A DNA stretch of 64,000 nt from Octopus vulgaris. Lineage: Eukaryota. Location of the stretch: contig OX597832.1 of the NCBI GenBank assembly GCA_951406725.2, positions 59,024,001-59,088,000 on the forward strand. The letters are read 5' to 3'. The position numbers and the translations under genes are program-made. The notes below the pieces were generated by a model. The model ran no database searches. It saw nothing but the letters and a program-made list of their open reading frames with translations, and had not been told where the DNA came from. Position 1 is the first letter of the stretch. Each line of letters starts with the position of its first letter. Shown piece after piece: positions 25,991 to 39,582 of the stretch.

Positions 25991-26386
25991 CCCCTTTCTA
26001 ATATAAGCACAAGGTCTGAAATTTGTGGGGAGGGGGTAAGTCGATTACCCCGACCCAAGTGTTTCATCGGTACTTAATTTATCGACCCCGAAAGGATGAA
26101 AGATAAAGTAGACCCCGGCGTCAGCCGAACTGAGAACGTAGCGATCGACAAAATACCTATTTCTTTACTACCCACAAGGGGCTAAACCCGGAGAGGACAA
26201 ACAAGGACAGAGAAATGTATTAAGTCGGTCATATCGACCCCGTGCGTAACTGTTCCTTAATTTATCGACCCCGAAAGGATGAACGGCAAAGCGACCTCGA
26301 CGGAATTTGGACTCAGAACATAAAGACAGACGAAATACCGCAAAGTGTTTCGCCCGGCGTGTTAAAGTTTCTGCCAGCTCGCCGCC
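25991..26386 (-). mobile_element. Dimeric SINE family B with a single TSD
   Basis: Two tandem B bodies with different tails, flanked by TTCATAYGCAAGAAATA (25974-25990 / 26387-26403). Confidence 0.85.
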
Positions 26387-26919
26387 TTCATACGCAAGAA
26401 ATATCAACCAACACTTACTCAAATTATATCACACTATCTCATAGACAGAAAGCACACAAACGGTAACCTAGTCCTAGATATGCTAATTCAAAACAATTGA
26501 TAGTGTGTTCACGGCTGGGACACGTTTTATCATGTTAGTCCAATCAGTTTTAGCATCATCACCATCAACAACTTCGATATTACCCTTGACTTTCAATCCA
26601 GTTGTTGGCTCATTTAATTTCAAATGGTTCTCAGTTTTCGAAATAACTTCTTATTTTAATGGTTAGATTCTGATTGACAGCGGAGATGGAATTTTACGGT
26701 CTTGCATTGAAGCTGCTTCAAGCTACGAGACTGACCTGCTGGTCAATATGTTGCCAGAGGCCATGAAAATTGTACATTGTATTTAAAGTTCTGTTTGCCG
26801 CCTTTGAGTAAACCAAGTTTAAGGTCACAGCATCGTCGTTGGCTCCTTAAGAAATATAAATTCTTCGCTAAGGAGTAAGGATAGAATAAGAATAAATATC
26901 CTTCCCAAATCATATAATA

Positions 26920-27184
26920 GGTGCGGTTTTCCGATTTGAACGCTGGCCGGGACGCCCGTGTGTCGCAGGATTACTCTTTACTCTCTTTTACTCTTCTACT
27001 TGTTTCAGTCATTTGACTGCGGCCATGCTGGAGCACCGCCTTTAGTCGAGCAAATCGACCCCAGGACTTATTCTTTCTGAGCCTAGTACTTATTCTACCG
27101 GTCTCTTTTGCCGAACCGCTAAGTTACAGAGGACATAAACACACCAGCATCGGTTGTCAAGCAATGCTAGGGGGACGAACACAG

Positions 27185-27238
<54 letters not shown>

Positions 27239-27560
27239 GTATATACGACGGGCTTCTTTCAGTTTCCGTCTACCAAATCCACTCACAAGGCTTTGGTCAG
27301 CCCGAGGCTGTAGTAGAAGACACTTGCCCAAGATGCCACGCAGTGGGACTGAACCCGGAACCATGTGGTTTGTAAGCAAGCTACTTACCACACAGCCACT
27401 CCTGCGCCTCATTTTTGCCAACTGAATGAACTGGAGCGACGTGAAATGAAGTGTTGTACTCAGAACAGAACATATATCACATATGTCCGGTTCAGGAATA
27501 GAAATCAATCTCTTACGATCGTGAGTTCAGCTCCATATTCATTAAGCCATGCACCTCCAC
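26920..27560 (-). mobile_element. Older D/V-type SINE split by a family A insertion
   Basis: GGCCGGGACGCCCGTGTGTCGCAGGATTACTC | insertion | ATTTTTGCCAACTGAATGAACTGGAGCGACGTGAAATGAAGTG..TAAGCCATGCACCTCCAC; compare 60110-60332. Confidence 0.7.
26975..27409 (-). mobile_element. SINE family A, full length (young)
   Basis: High similarity to 21168-21598. Confidence 0.92.
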
Positions 27561-28402
27561 GCATGGATTAAGAACAAATCGATATCAAAACGTACAAATA
27601 TCGTTCTCTCGCAAATGATCAGAGTCAAAATATGCGGTACAAATTTCCCTAGAGTAGAAATATATCGAAATGTCGCAGACAACGTCCTACCTTTTCGAAT
27701 GAAATTATACTGAAAACAGAATGGCCCATGGCAATTTAAACACATTATCTCTTAGTGATGATCAGTGTCAATACGAAAAGGTGGGGCAGGTCAACGATGT
27801 ACACTGCAAGTAAACTACATAACTGATAAGTGTTTTGAAAGCTTGTAGTTCTGCGTTCGATTCTAATTAAGGCTGTTGAGCATCAATGAAAAACCGACTA
27901 ACTCATCGATCTTTGATATACGAGACGAAATATTCAAAAGCGTTCCACTGACCTAGTGACCCCATTACCAGTATCAACCTCAAAAGCAAACTTAATTTTC
28001 TGTTAAAAGCGATTCATAAAGTTTAGTGATGGAAAATGTCGGCGAGGAGACACACATATTGGCAGCTTTCCAGATTTATAGCGAATATTTCCTTGTAGCT
28101 AGCAGTGAGAAGAATAAGAGGTAAGCCTGGATTAAATCGCGTCAAATTTCTAGCTGAAACCAATTCACTTACCTAACGCTGCTAATGTCATATAGAAATC
28201 TCATTACAGAAGCAGCAATCTCTTGTAAATATATATATGTGAGTCTGATCAAATAAGAAATCAATAAGAGCAGAGCTACACCATGTTGTTTTATAATACA
28301 ATAAACAAGTATTGAACATACATTCACACAGACACTACGTAATACATATGTATATAAATGTACACAGATATAGACACAGATACACACACACATATGCACA
28401 CG

Positions 28403-28459
<57 letters not shown>

Positions 28460-28550
28460 ACACATATATATGGGCAGAAACGCACATATGTAGCTGTATT
28501 TAGGTATTTGTATATATATGTATATCTGTTCAGACACACACACACATACA

Positions 28551-28593
<43 letters not shown>

Positions 28594-29144
28594 ATATATA
28601 TGTATATACATATATATATACATATATGTATACATATATATATATATATACATGTATATATATATATATATATACATGTATATACATATATATATATATA
28701 TATATACATACATACATACATACATATATACATAAATATATACATACATACGTACATATACATATAGATACACACACACATACTTATATATACACGCGTT
28801 GTGCAACCGTATACGAGCGTGTGTATTTTTTTATGTGAACCTGTATACATACGTAAGTATATATGAACGAATGTACGGATGTGTTTATGTACGTATTTCG
28901 TAAATAAACTTTGAAACGATGCTTTCAGCGGGGATGTCACGCTCCTACACAGATATAATGTAGATGAACCCGAAAGTAGCAAAGCAAATGAAATAGATAG
29001 TTCACAGCTATCAACAGACATTTAACAATAGAAGTTTCTGTTGAGATACCTTCTCTGTTGGGTAAGCGACACTCTTCCTAAAGTTGGAACTTGTGACAAT
29101 GGTGCATATTCTTGTACGTAGATTGGTAATTAGATAGACAGAAA

Positions 29145-29465
29145 AGAGAATCATGTGGTTGGGAAGCTAACCACTTAACACACAACCACGCCTGCACGAA
29201 TGTATATATGTGTGTATATACTTTGTATTATGCTTTTATTCCTTTAGTGGTTTCGTTTACTTGACTGCAGCCATGTTGTAGATACTGAAAATATAAAATG
29301 GCTATAATTTGCCCGTCGCACGAAATCAAACCTAGAACATATTCTTTGTAAGACTAGTAAATTTCCATCGGTCTCTGTTGCCAAAGCTTTAAGATACGGG
29401 GATGTAATTACTCCAACATCGGTTGTCAAGCGATGGTAGGGAGACAAATGTAGACACAAGACACA
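29145..29465 (-). mobile_element. SINE family A fragments (head fragment and 3' part)
   Basis: GAATCATGTGGTTGGGAAGC..ACCACGCCTGC; TTGACTGCAGCCATG..CATCGGTTGTCAAGCGATGG. Confidence 0.7.
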
Positions 29466-29482
29466 CATAAATACACATACAT

Positions 29483-29517
<35 letters not shown>

Positions 29518-29563
29518 TATAAATGAAAAGATGTATTATAGATAAACAAGCGACACAGATACA

Positions 29564-29651
<88 letters not shown>

Positions 29652-29652
<1 letters not shown>

Positions 29653-29905
29653 TACGGCACTCCGTCAGTTACGACGACGAGGGTTACAGCTGATCCGATC
29701 AACTGAACAGCCTGCTCACGAAATGAACGTGCAAGTAGCTGAGCACTCTCCTAATACCGCTGAGCATTTCGCCAGGCGTGCTAACGATTCTGCCAGCTCG
29801 CCGCCTTATAAAGTATACCTATAAAGTATACCGTGTGTAGAGAAAGTTGTGGTGAAACAATACAGCAGGGTTCGCCACTACCCCACGCCGGAGCTTCTTG
29901 GAGCA
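29652..29905 (-). mobile_element. SINE family C fragments with an embedded family B 5' fragment
   Basis: GGCACTCCGTCAGTTACGACGACGAGGG; GCATTTCGCCAGGCGTGCTAACGATTCTGCCAGCTCGCCGCC; GAGAAAGTTGTGGTGAAA. Confidence 0.75.
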
Positions 29906-29934
29906 GCGAAAGTTGCGCAGAATATATATCTAGA

Positions 29935-30640
29935 GGCGTGCGGTGAATAAACTGTTGTCTAAATTAGGTAAAATTGAAAATAAAACTGACGTCTCATTTT
30001 AGCAAATATATACCAAATAAATTTACATAAAAAATATCTTTAAATACTAAAGAGTAAATTTAATCAATAAAATCGCCATTGGCTTCATCCATGGCCTCCA
30101 GACAAGTTCGGAATCTCCTGCACCTCTTCTGAATGGTCTCCTTGTTTAAGTTGATGAATCCTGCTGTAATCCTTGCCTTCAGTTCAAGGTGTTACAAGGA
30201 GTTTTGGTTGTTTCTCGCTCAGGTGCGTCCCACACATAATGATGAAGGGGTTGCAGCCTGGGTAGTAAAGTGGCCTGATATTAGGGATTATGTGGTCACA
30301 GAAATTAACGGATTCTCCTGCTTGTGTGGCGTGGTGCAGAATCTTGTTGCCAAACATAAAATTTTCTAACAGCCGCCCTCTTGAACTAGGGCAGCACTAC
30401 CTTCTCCATGCCCTTGATGTAGGCCTGTGTGTTGAGTCTGAGGTCGTGTGGGAAAATAAATGGAGGCATAAAATCGCCATCGCGAGTGACAATTCCAAGC
30501 ACCATGATGTTGACAGGATGTCCGTTTTTTATAACTCTCGGTACATGTCGTCAGGCTAATGCACAAACACTCTGAAATCTCCATATTGGAGATTCCGGTG
30601 CGAACGCTAAGCTGTAATGCATATCCTTTCCAATTTTCTG
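29935..30640 (-). mobile_element. Tc1/mariner (maT/DD37D-like) transposase C-terminal remnant
   Basis: Minus frames give HPVNIMVLGIVTRDGDFMPPFIFPHDLRLNTQAYI, WQQDSAPRHTSR and ELKARITAGFINLNKETIQKRCRRFRTCLEAMDEANGDF. Confidence 0.85.
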
Positions 30641-30655
30641 GCAGAGCGAATTGCG

Positions 30656-30696
<41 letters not shown>

Positions 30697-30707
30697 ATAT
30701 CTATCTA

Positions 30708-30817
<110 letters not shown>

Positions 30818-31244
30818 CAAAGGCTGACATAAATCTCAGCAGAAACTTTATGAAATGTGCTACAACTATATGATAGACATTTTTCTATATAATAGGCCTA
30901 ATAAAAAATAATCTGTATCAGAAACGTTCTTATACATCTGTGCTGATACTTATATAAATATATACGTAGAAGCAACTTGCATATATATACATTCTAGCGA
31001 CTATATAATCAGCGCACCCTGATTATACATCTACATTAAAATATGCATTGTATCTGATTAGCATTAGAAGCAGAAATGTATGCCAAATTGAAATTATCCC
31101 ATACACATACGTATACACAGGCATACATACATCTACATACATACATATATATTTGTATACATGTGTATGTATATGTATATGTATACATATGTGTGTGTAA
31201 ATATATGCATATATATATATCCATATGAATATATATAGGTATAT

Positions 31245-31313
<69 letters not shown>

Positions 31314-31363
31314 CTTATACATTTAAATACTTATATAAGTTTGTTTGAATTATATATGACATG

Positions 31364-31412
<49 letters not shown>

Positions 31413-32395
31413 ATACATTCTTATACAAGTACATGTATATATACATATATATATATGTGTGTGTGTGTGTGTATAACTATATACATACATATATATTTAT
31501 GAATATGTGTCGTAAATAGACACGTTGAATGTTGTGTTATGAAGCACTAATATACATACATATTCATATATATTTATATATATACATATATATATATTCA
31601 CACATACATACATATATATACACATATATATATACACTAATGCATATATACATATATATATTTATATACATACTTACATATATATATATATACACACACA
31701 CACATATATATATAGACAGACATATACACACATGTTCATACGCATAATCATATGAGTCTTGGAGCATTTTTACAAATTAAAACTCGCTGGTTATTTCTCG
31801 ATGCTGAGCACCGGATATAATTAGTGGCATTGTAAAAATGCTATCGACTTTCACAAATTTCAATTTATTCTCTACAACCACCAGGAATACGACGAAAGCA
31901 ACCAGTAAATCAACGCGATTATAGCCTACATTACGCAAAAGAACGCTAGAAATATTTTAAACATGTTATTATCATATACATACACGGACACACGGACACA
32001 CATATGAGTATGTATCTATGTAAGTATGCAAGCGTGTATGTATGTATGTGTGTCTTTCTGCATGTGAATAAGACTCCATGGTGTACTACGTAGATTTTTC
32101 TTTTAAATCACGGGAAGCATTTAATGTTAGTTCTTCTTGGTCACATTATTGCATATTAGTATGGACATCTTAAATGCCAAGGCAAAGCTGAAATATAACT
32201 AAGTCTGTGATGGGGACAAACGCTCATACCTAAACAGACATCTGCATATATTTATAAATGTGCAAGTGTGTGTTTGTGTGTGTGTGAAGGTGCAAAATAC
32301 ACACATATATATATTTATATATATATATATGGCATATATATAATTATTTGTGTATATATGTATATATATTCGTATTTATATGCGTATGTATATTT

Positions 32396-32448
<53 letters not shown>

Positions 32449-32459
32449 TCATACATACA

Positions 32460-32492
<33 letters not shown>

Positions 32493-32692
32493 TCGTTGAT
32501 ATACAGATATATACAGAAATGTGGTTGAGCAAAAAGGAGAAATACATCTGAATATCTAAGGCAATACACATTTTCTTCTGCCAGGCTCTTCGTTTATAAT
32601 GGACACAACGGCTAGAACTTTTGCTGTTCGTACTTCGGAATCTAATTTCAAAATCTTCAACACACTGTGTATATACAGAGACAATAGTGTAA

Positions 32693-33065
32693 TCTCTCTA
32701 TATATAAACGGCAGTTTGTCTGTGCGTGTTTCTGTGTGTCTGTTTGCTTGTACCCTCACTATGACCACGGCTTTCAACCGATTCTGATGAAACTTGACAC
32801 ACACATAGCCCAATGTCATAATTCAAAACTAACGCAGCGAAAATTTTGAAAAGTTCCCCCAGTTCTGAAAAAGATCGATAAATTCGACATGGGGTCGACA
32901 AACAGAAACACAAACCGCAGATGGTCTAGGGGACGCAGCTCGGCCTTTTTAACTATCAAAAATAAATTTACCATCATTTTTTCCCATTTTTTGGCTATAA
33001 CTCTCTAAAAATGCTTTATAGTTATTTCCCTTACAAACCCGAGCAACGCCGGGTGATACCGCTAG
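32693..33065 (+). mobile_element. Non-autonomous Helitron
   Basis: 5' TC after A, 3' hairpin CCCGAGCAACGCCGGG then CTAG followed by T; no TSD. Confidence 0.88.
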
Positions 33066-33239
33066 TATATATACATGCTTCACAAATCTTCTTTGTCATA
33101 TGTTAGAATCAAGTGTCAATCGGAATGCTTGTAATTGCACATGTTATGCAAATTTGGAAGATATAGAAATACAATTAAATATTTTGATTTCGAAGTTTGT
33201 GCGTAGCCCCATGGCTTACTGGTTAGATTGAAGTACTCA

Positions 33240-33320
33240 TTATTGTAAGATTGTGGTTTCCACTCCTGGGCCGAGTGATGCGTTGTGATCTTGTACAATA
33301 CATTTTATTTCACGTTTCTT
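33240..33320 (-). mobile_element. SINE D-type head fragment
   Basis: GGTTTCCACTCCTGGGCCGAG..GCGTTGTGATCTTGTACAATACATTTTATTTCACGTT. The strand is uncertain: the motif reads like the plus-strand body of family D. Confidence 0.4.
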
Positions 33321-33459
33321 TAATCCACGCAAGTTACAAAAGTGATTATTTCCTGCGACCCGTCCACGAGAAACTAATGCGTCATAGATCTGGAAAATTG
33401 GCAGTATGAGTCTTAATAACACAAGAACGATTTCTATCCTGATTTTTTAAATATCCGAT

Positions 33460-33842
33460 TTGGGCGCAAGACCAGTATGTTCAGTGAATAGGGTAAATTA
33501 ATTGCTAAGACCTCAGTTGTCAGCTGGTTTTTGTTTTATCATCCACGAAAAGATGAAAGACAAAATCGCCCTCAGCAGTAATCGAACTCAGAACGTGAAG
33601 AAGGAAGAAATACTGGAAAGCAATTTCCTCAGCACGATAACGAGTCTACCAGCTTCAGCCTTAGATATAATCTTTCTACTAAGGCTCAAATCCTGACATT
33701 TTGCGGGCGGCGACAGGTCGATTATGAGGGACCACGGTGTTTTACAGGTGCTTAATTTATCGACCTCGAAAGGATCAAAGACAAAGTCAACCTCGGCGGA
33801 ATTTGAACTCAGAATGTAACGACGGGTGAAATACCACTAAGA
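33460..33842 (-). mobile_element. Two tandem diverged SINE family B copies
   Basis: GAAAAGATGAAAGACAAAATCGCCCTC.. and TTTATCGACCTCGAAAGGATCAAAGACAAAGTCAACCTCGGCGGAATTTGAACTCAG. Confidence 0.75.
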
Positions 33843-33849
33843 ATTGATG

Positions 33850-34143
33850 ATTTATTTGTTTCAGTAATTTCATTGCGGCCATACTGGATCACCGCCGTTA
33901 GTCGAACAAATCGACCGCAGGACTAATTCTTTGTACGCCCAGTACTTATTCTACCGGTCTCTTTTGCCGAACCGCTAAGTCATGGACACGTAAACACTAA
34001 TATCGGTTGTCAAGCGATGGTGGGGGACAAACAGAGACACAAAAAGACATATATAGATACCTATAAGATGGGTTTCTTTCAGTTTCCGTCTACCAAATCC
34101 ACCGAGGCTATACTAGAAAACACTTGCCCAAGGTGCCACGCAA
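33850..34143 (-). mobile_element. SINE family A, head truncated by mariner
   Basis: TTGTTTCAGT..TGCGGCCATACTGG...CACTTGCCCAAGGTGCCACGCA. Confidence 0.85.
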
Positions 34144-34149
34144 ATGGAA

Positions 34150-34525
34150 TATTGGGTCATCCCATAAATAATGAGGTTTTTCAACTGCATGAAGAGTCGG
34201 AGAGAGATGGGATAAACTACCTGCATCAATTTGCTATAAAATAGGTAATAATTTTACCTTGTCCTTATTCCTAGTGCAAGTTTTGAGGAGTGCAGTTCGA
34301 TTTTAACAGTTATTTTTTTTTATTTCAAAGGTATCATGGAAGTGACAAAGGAGGATATTCGGCATATTTTGCTTTGTTATTTCAATAAAAGCAACAACTC
34401 AACTGAAAGTGTGAGAAATATTAATGCAGTATATTACGATCGGGCATTAAGCGTAAGCCAGTGTCAACAGTGGTTCTAGAAATTCCAAGCCGGAAACTGC
34501 AGTCTGGAAGACGTGCCACGTCCTG
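34150..34525 (+). mobile_element. Mariner 5' end: TIR + transposase N-terminus (pseudogene)
   Basis: TA-TTGGGTCATCCCATAAATAATG TIR. From 34336 it reads MEVTKEDIRHILLCYFNKSNNSTESVRNINAVY..LSVSQCQQWF*KFQAGNCSLEDVPRP (mariner HTH). Confidence 0.88.
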
Positions 34526-34573
34526 TAATATTTCTATTTTCGAATTCAGTGAATGTATTTCACTTGAAATATA

Positions 34574-34712
34574 TATGTTTTCAAAGGCGAATCAGCATCG
34601 TCAGCTAGCAGGCCATGCTACTCCAGACTGATGATGAGCAATGACTCTGAAACTAGTCTCTGAGTGCTGGCTTTGCTGGGTAGAGGTGCTTATCTACACC
34701 TTTGAAAACATA
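34574..34712 (+). ncRNA. Minimal type I hammerhead at the apex of a long hairpin
   Basis: ACTCCAGA-CTGATGA-T-GAG-CAATGA-CTC-T-GAAACTAGTC-TCTGAGT; palindromic stem III ACTAGT; outer arms TATGTTTTCAAAGG / CCTTTGAAAACATA. Confidence 0.78.
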
Positions 34713-34828
34713 AGGACACAGAAATTGGATCATGGCCAACAGGAATCGGTGTTTCCTAGGGATAAATAGCAGTAGCATTCTTCCCTTTCATGGGACTGTT
34801 ACATTAAGTTGACAACATACCATCACTT

Positions 34829-34927
<99 letters not shown>

Positions 34928-34954
34928 ATATATATATATATAAAATAAAAAATA

Positions 34955-35145
34955 TATGCACCCTTTAAAAGCCTTGCCAGGCTCATGGGCCCGGTTTCCC
35001 AGTTACTATGGCGTATGCGTTCCCCAGCTGGACAGGACACCAGTCCATCGCAACGTAACTTATTTTTGCCAGATGAGTGGACTGGAGCATCATAATCTTA
35101 CGATCAGGATGCTGACACCCTAACCACTAAACCACGCGCCTCCAC
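34955..35145 (-). mobile_element. SINE with D-type head and V-like tail (internally deleted)
   Basis: Tail shared with 8927-9217; head CCCTAACCACTAAACCACGCGCCTCCAC. Confidence 0.8.
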
Positions 35146-35154
35146 ACACACACA

Positions 35155-35189
<35 letters not shown>

Positions 35190-37917
35190 TGTACGATACA
35201 AATACGATATTTTTCCGAATGCAGAGTGCCGTTAGAACAACAAATTCTGGGTAAATTACCCTTACAGGGCGGACAAGTTTGTCAACAAACAGTCCTGGGT
35301 CTCGAATCCATATCCCTCAAAGTCTCCATCTGGGTGCCTTGCCATTAAGCTAACAGCATTTCCACTGTCCTAACGGTGACTGTGTTCGAGAAAATATCTT
35401 CTTATTTGCATCGTACAATACACATTGCAACGATTCTAATAAAATGACAAATATTTGTTCATATCCATACACACGTGGTTTATATATATATGTGTGTGTG
35501 TGTGTGTGAAAGAGATAAGAACCTGTTTTATGACCTTTGCAGGGAACGGAGGAGTGAAATACTTGTTTATTAGGAGGGTCCGTTTATCGAATCAAACATA
35601 TAAAGCTATATATATATTGGCTTATAAATATTGTCTTGAAAAATCCATTTCGCTTATAGTCAGAAAGTTACCAAACAATTTGTGTTTTGGAATGCATATT
35701 TCTCTGGTTTATGACATACATACATACAAATATACAAACATACATACATACATTTAGTTATACGTATACAAACTTATGCACGTGTGGGTGTGTGTGCAAA
35801 TCTCTGTAAGTATGCTGTACATATATAATTTGTGTGAAGCTGACCTTTTCTCTCCTTTCCTCTACATGGGTGTTCAGATCTGCCATAATTTTACAAAGAA
35901 GTTTACGTTTCTTGATTAAAAGCATTAGCAGAGCACGAATTGCTCTCGTTTATTCTCGAACACTTATTCGCAGATATATAGATTATTATTTCATGTTACC
36001 TTAGTCTGGTTTTATGGAAAAGCTACTTAATTATTGACCTAGTATTATACAATCGTTGACGCCAACAAACTTTTGCTCTCCTTCTAACTCTCTCTATATA
36101 TATCAATCTATCTCTTAATCTCTCTCTCTCTCTATTTCTTTCTCTCTGTTATTCTCTCGCTCTGTCTGTCTACATTGCTGATAAGCTTGCCGTTGCTATT
36201 GATATTTCGCGACACCTCCTTCATGATTCTGTTTCATAATGTGAAAATTATGTTGCCGTAATCTACTGTTTCTATGAATAATTGAACACTTGTACATGGA
36301 GACACACTGCCTGTTTCACCAAAAACAGAAGAGCTTTAAAGTAAATATTAATCAAAGATCTGTCTATTGAATTATCTTAACAAAGGCTAAAATAGTGTTT
36401 TTAGGCGGAATTTTCCTATTACGTTAACAATGGGCAGTTTTCAATTTTCAGCCATTACGCATAAAAAGATGTTGTGTATTTCCTTGCGTATTCGTTCATT
36501 TGCTGCGATAGAGATAACTTAGTTCTTAATTTTTGTATGTGAGGTTGTTATAATTATTTACCTCCAGTTAGGCTTCGTTGTGGATGGGCTCACCTGTTAT
36601 GAAAATTCCCAAATGTGTTCATCCAATCTTTTTTTATACTTGAGACATAAATTTACACGTAAAAAAGTCATTCACTCTATTTTATAATGGAGAAAAACGT
36701 CTGAGTAGAAGCGAAATGGATTTTTCAAGACAATATTTACAAGCCAACATATATAGCTTTATAACGTCTCACTGCAGCCAAATAGGTGTCAATACACCGA
36801 GTCAATCCACAGTGCCCCCTCACCAGACTGTTGGATGTCTGTATTTCGGAGTGATTATCTCCCCATTTCTCCCCATTTATCTCCTTATTTCAAATTAAGT
36901 TCACATAAAACTAAATTGTCCGTACAGTACAGTGTAATTTGAGTGTGTCTAAAGAAATGGGTACAGGTTTTTGCAGCTCTTCAGTTTTTTTTTTTTTTTA
37001 GCATTTTACGATATTTGGTAAATGTTCTTTAGAATTTCAGGGTTAGTAAAAGGAAAATCCTTAATCATGTCAGACTTTATATGTAGTACAAAGACACACT
37101 GAAATACTGTTACGTATTTAATCCAGCAACCGTCCAGCTCTGTATCACCAGTTCCTTCCTTTAATCTATGTACCGGGTAAATGTTCATATACCTTGATAT
37201 TTTGGAAATAGGTAACTTGAAAATAGGTAAAAAGGTAAACAATGATATTATTGGTGTTGGTGTTGGTGTTGGCTACTGGGGTAGCTGGTTAAGTTGGTAA
37301 ATGCAGAAATATTTCTTGGGCTGTGTGTAAAAGTAATTTATCACTATCAAACATTGAACAAAAGATGTTATTATCGCGCATTAAGACAAACTGCCTTTGG
37401 CGATTTACTTTTAACAATAACAAATAATTACGTACCAGGAAAGATATACTACATGGAATTTATGGCAAACTTTTCATGTACCAACATGCAGCTTGTCCAA
37501 CCAATCATGCTACATTCGTGGTGACGCATGTTTTTGACATCTATCTGTGCCATCTCTCTAAGCCGTATTTCTGGGTCACCTGGGTGGTAAAAATGCGAGC
37601 GTCCGATGGGCTAAGAATGGAGACAAATATCACTCAGATACCTCAAATTTCTGCAGTAAACTTCCTCCAGCAGCGGCCTTTTATGAGGATCAAGAAGATT
37701 GTAGAGAATTCAATCGCGCGATGGCTTAACATGATTGGTTGCTTAAGAGATCGATCACGGAAATATTGTGGTTTGGTCGTGATGTCTCACTGGATTGCCA
37801 GAGATTCGGGATTTTGATTCGAAAGGCAGAGACAGAATTAAACTGCAAAATCCTAAATTTATAGTAACTTCCAGCCCATTGAATTACTCCGTTCAACTAC
37901 TTTGGCATAAGTTGATA

Positions 37918-38114
37918 AACAGTTCTATATTTAAGAGATGAAGAATTATGCAGATCATTTACATTATTTACATTTGACGGATATTTGTCCTCATCTTGTT
38001 TGTTGTTAACACAATGTTTCGGCTGATATACCCTCCAGTCTTCATCAGGTGTCCTGGGGAAATTTCGAACCTGGGTTCTCATTCCTAAGGTAGTTTTCGA
38101 TGTTGTTGTTGTTG

Positions 38115-38201
<87 letters not shown>

Positions 38202-38270
38202 TCATTGCCTGGAATCGAATTCGTAATCTTGGGATTAGAAGCCCGTGCTCTTAACCACTACGCCATATAA
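37918..38270 (-). mobile_element. SINE family E (tRNA head + (AAT)n + hammerhead tail)
   Basis: Reverse complement of 25541-25865; hammerhead GACAC-CTGATGA-A-GaCTG..CAGCC-GAAACaTT-GTGTT at 38008-38053. Confidence 0.88.
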
Positions 38271-38282
38271 CCATGTATAATA

Positions 38283-38294
38283 GGACCTGAATAA

Positions 38295-38362
<68 letters not shown>

Positions 38363-38514
38363 TAACAATAGCATCGAAAAATACCTTAGGAATGAGAACC
38401 CAGGTTCGAAATTTCCCCAAGACACCCGATGAAAGCTGCAGCCGAAATGTTGTGTTAGAAACAACCATGACGAAGACAGATATCCGTCAAATGTAAATAA
38501 TGTAAATAATGTAA
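38283..38514 (+). mobile_element. SINE family E, headless copy inverted against the previous one
   Basis: GACCTGAATAA(AAT)n..CATCGAAAAATACCTTAGGAATGAGAACCCAGG..GACACCCGATGAAAGCTGCAGCCGAAATGTTGTGTT. Confidence 0.85.
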
Positions 38515-39132
38515 GTTGATATAGACATAGTCATAAGAATTTACATATCCCTCCATATATGAATACAAGCCTATATTATATGCGTAGTTATATCACGAGA
38601 TATATTTCTCTAAAAAAATGACATATCGTAATCTACCACTTACATGAATAGCAAGCTACTAGAATAGCCAAATTCTCTAGGAACGCAAAGACTTCTAATT
38701 ACACAGGAAGCGCATGCCCCACGGGGAATCGTCTTCTACACATAATGTTATCCCACGTTGCAAACTGTGCGAGGCCATTACAGTTAATGTACGGCGGAAA
38801 ACTTGAAACTACGATGTATTTTCGCAAACAGACTATATCATATTTTATGTATTTTCCCATACTGTTCGTGTTCCTATATAATCACACACACACACACACA
38901 CATACACGCACACACACACATACACGCACACACACATATATATACATGCACACATTAACATATTTACATATGTAAATACATATTTCATTTATACATACAT
39001 ATAAATATTATACGTAACTACTCACACCCACACATGTACATGTATGTAAATGTGTGCACGTATGTATATACCTCAACTTATATAAGATTTCTGCAGTTGT
39101 TTCCTGAAGCTAAAACGTGTATGTGTATGTTC

Positions 39133-39168
<36 letters not shown>

Positions 39169-39294
39169 GTATGTAGGTATGTACGTATGTATGCATGAAT
39201 AAAACTACTTCCATGCATTTTTTGGCCAAATTATATGCTCATATAAGATATGAGTAGTTGTAATTTATCGGATGTATATCTATATATATGTATA

Positions 39295-39358
<64 letters not shown>

Positions 39359-39407
39359 TATATATATTCATATATATACATATATATATATATATATATC
39401 ATATATC

Positions 39408-39438
<31 letters not shown>

Positions 39439-39529
39439 TCATATACAATATATATACTAAATTATTTATATATAATATATACGTATAAATACATATTTAT
39501 GTACATATATAAATATATACATACATACA

Positions 39530-39582
<53 letters not shown>

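Noticed and set aside
32782-32795. CTGATGAAAC in the Helitrons as a hammerhead
   Set aside because: There is no room for stem II and no stem I/III pairing.
37498-37741. 12-bp inverted repeat CAACCAATCATG/CATGATTGGTTG
   Set aside because: Possibly an old DNA-transposon remnant, but termini and TSD cannot be defined.
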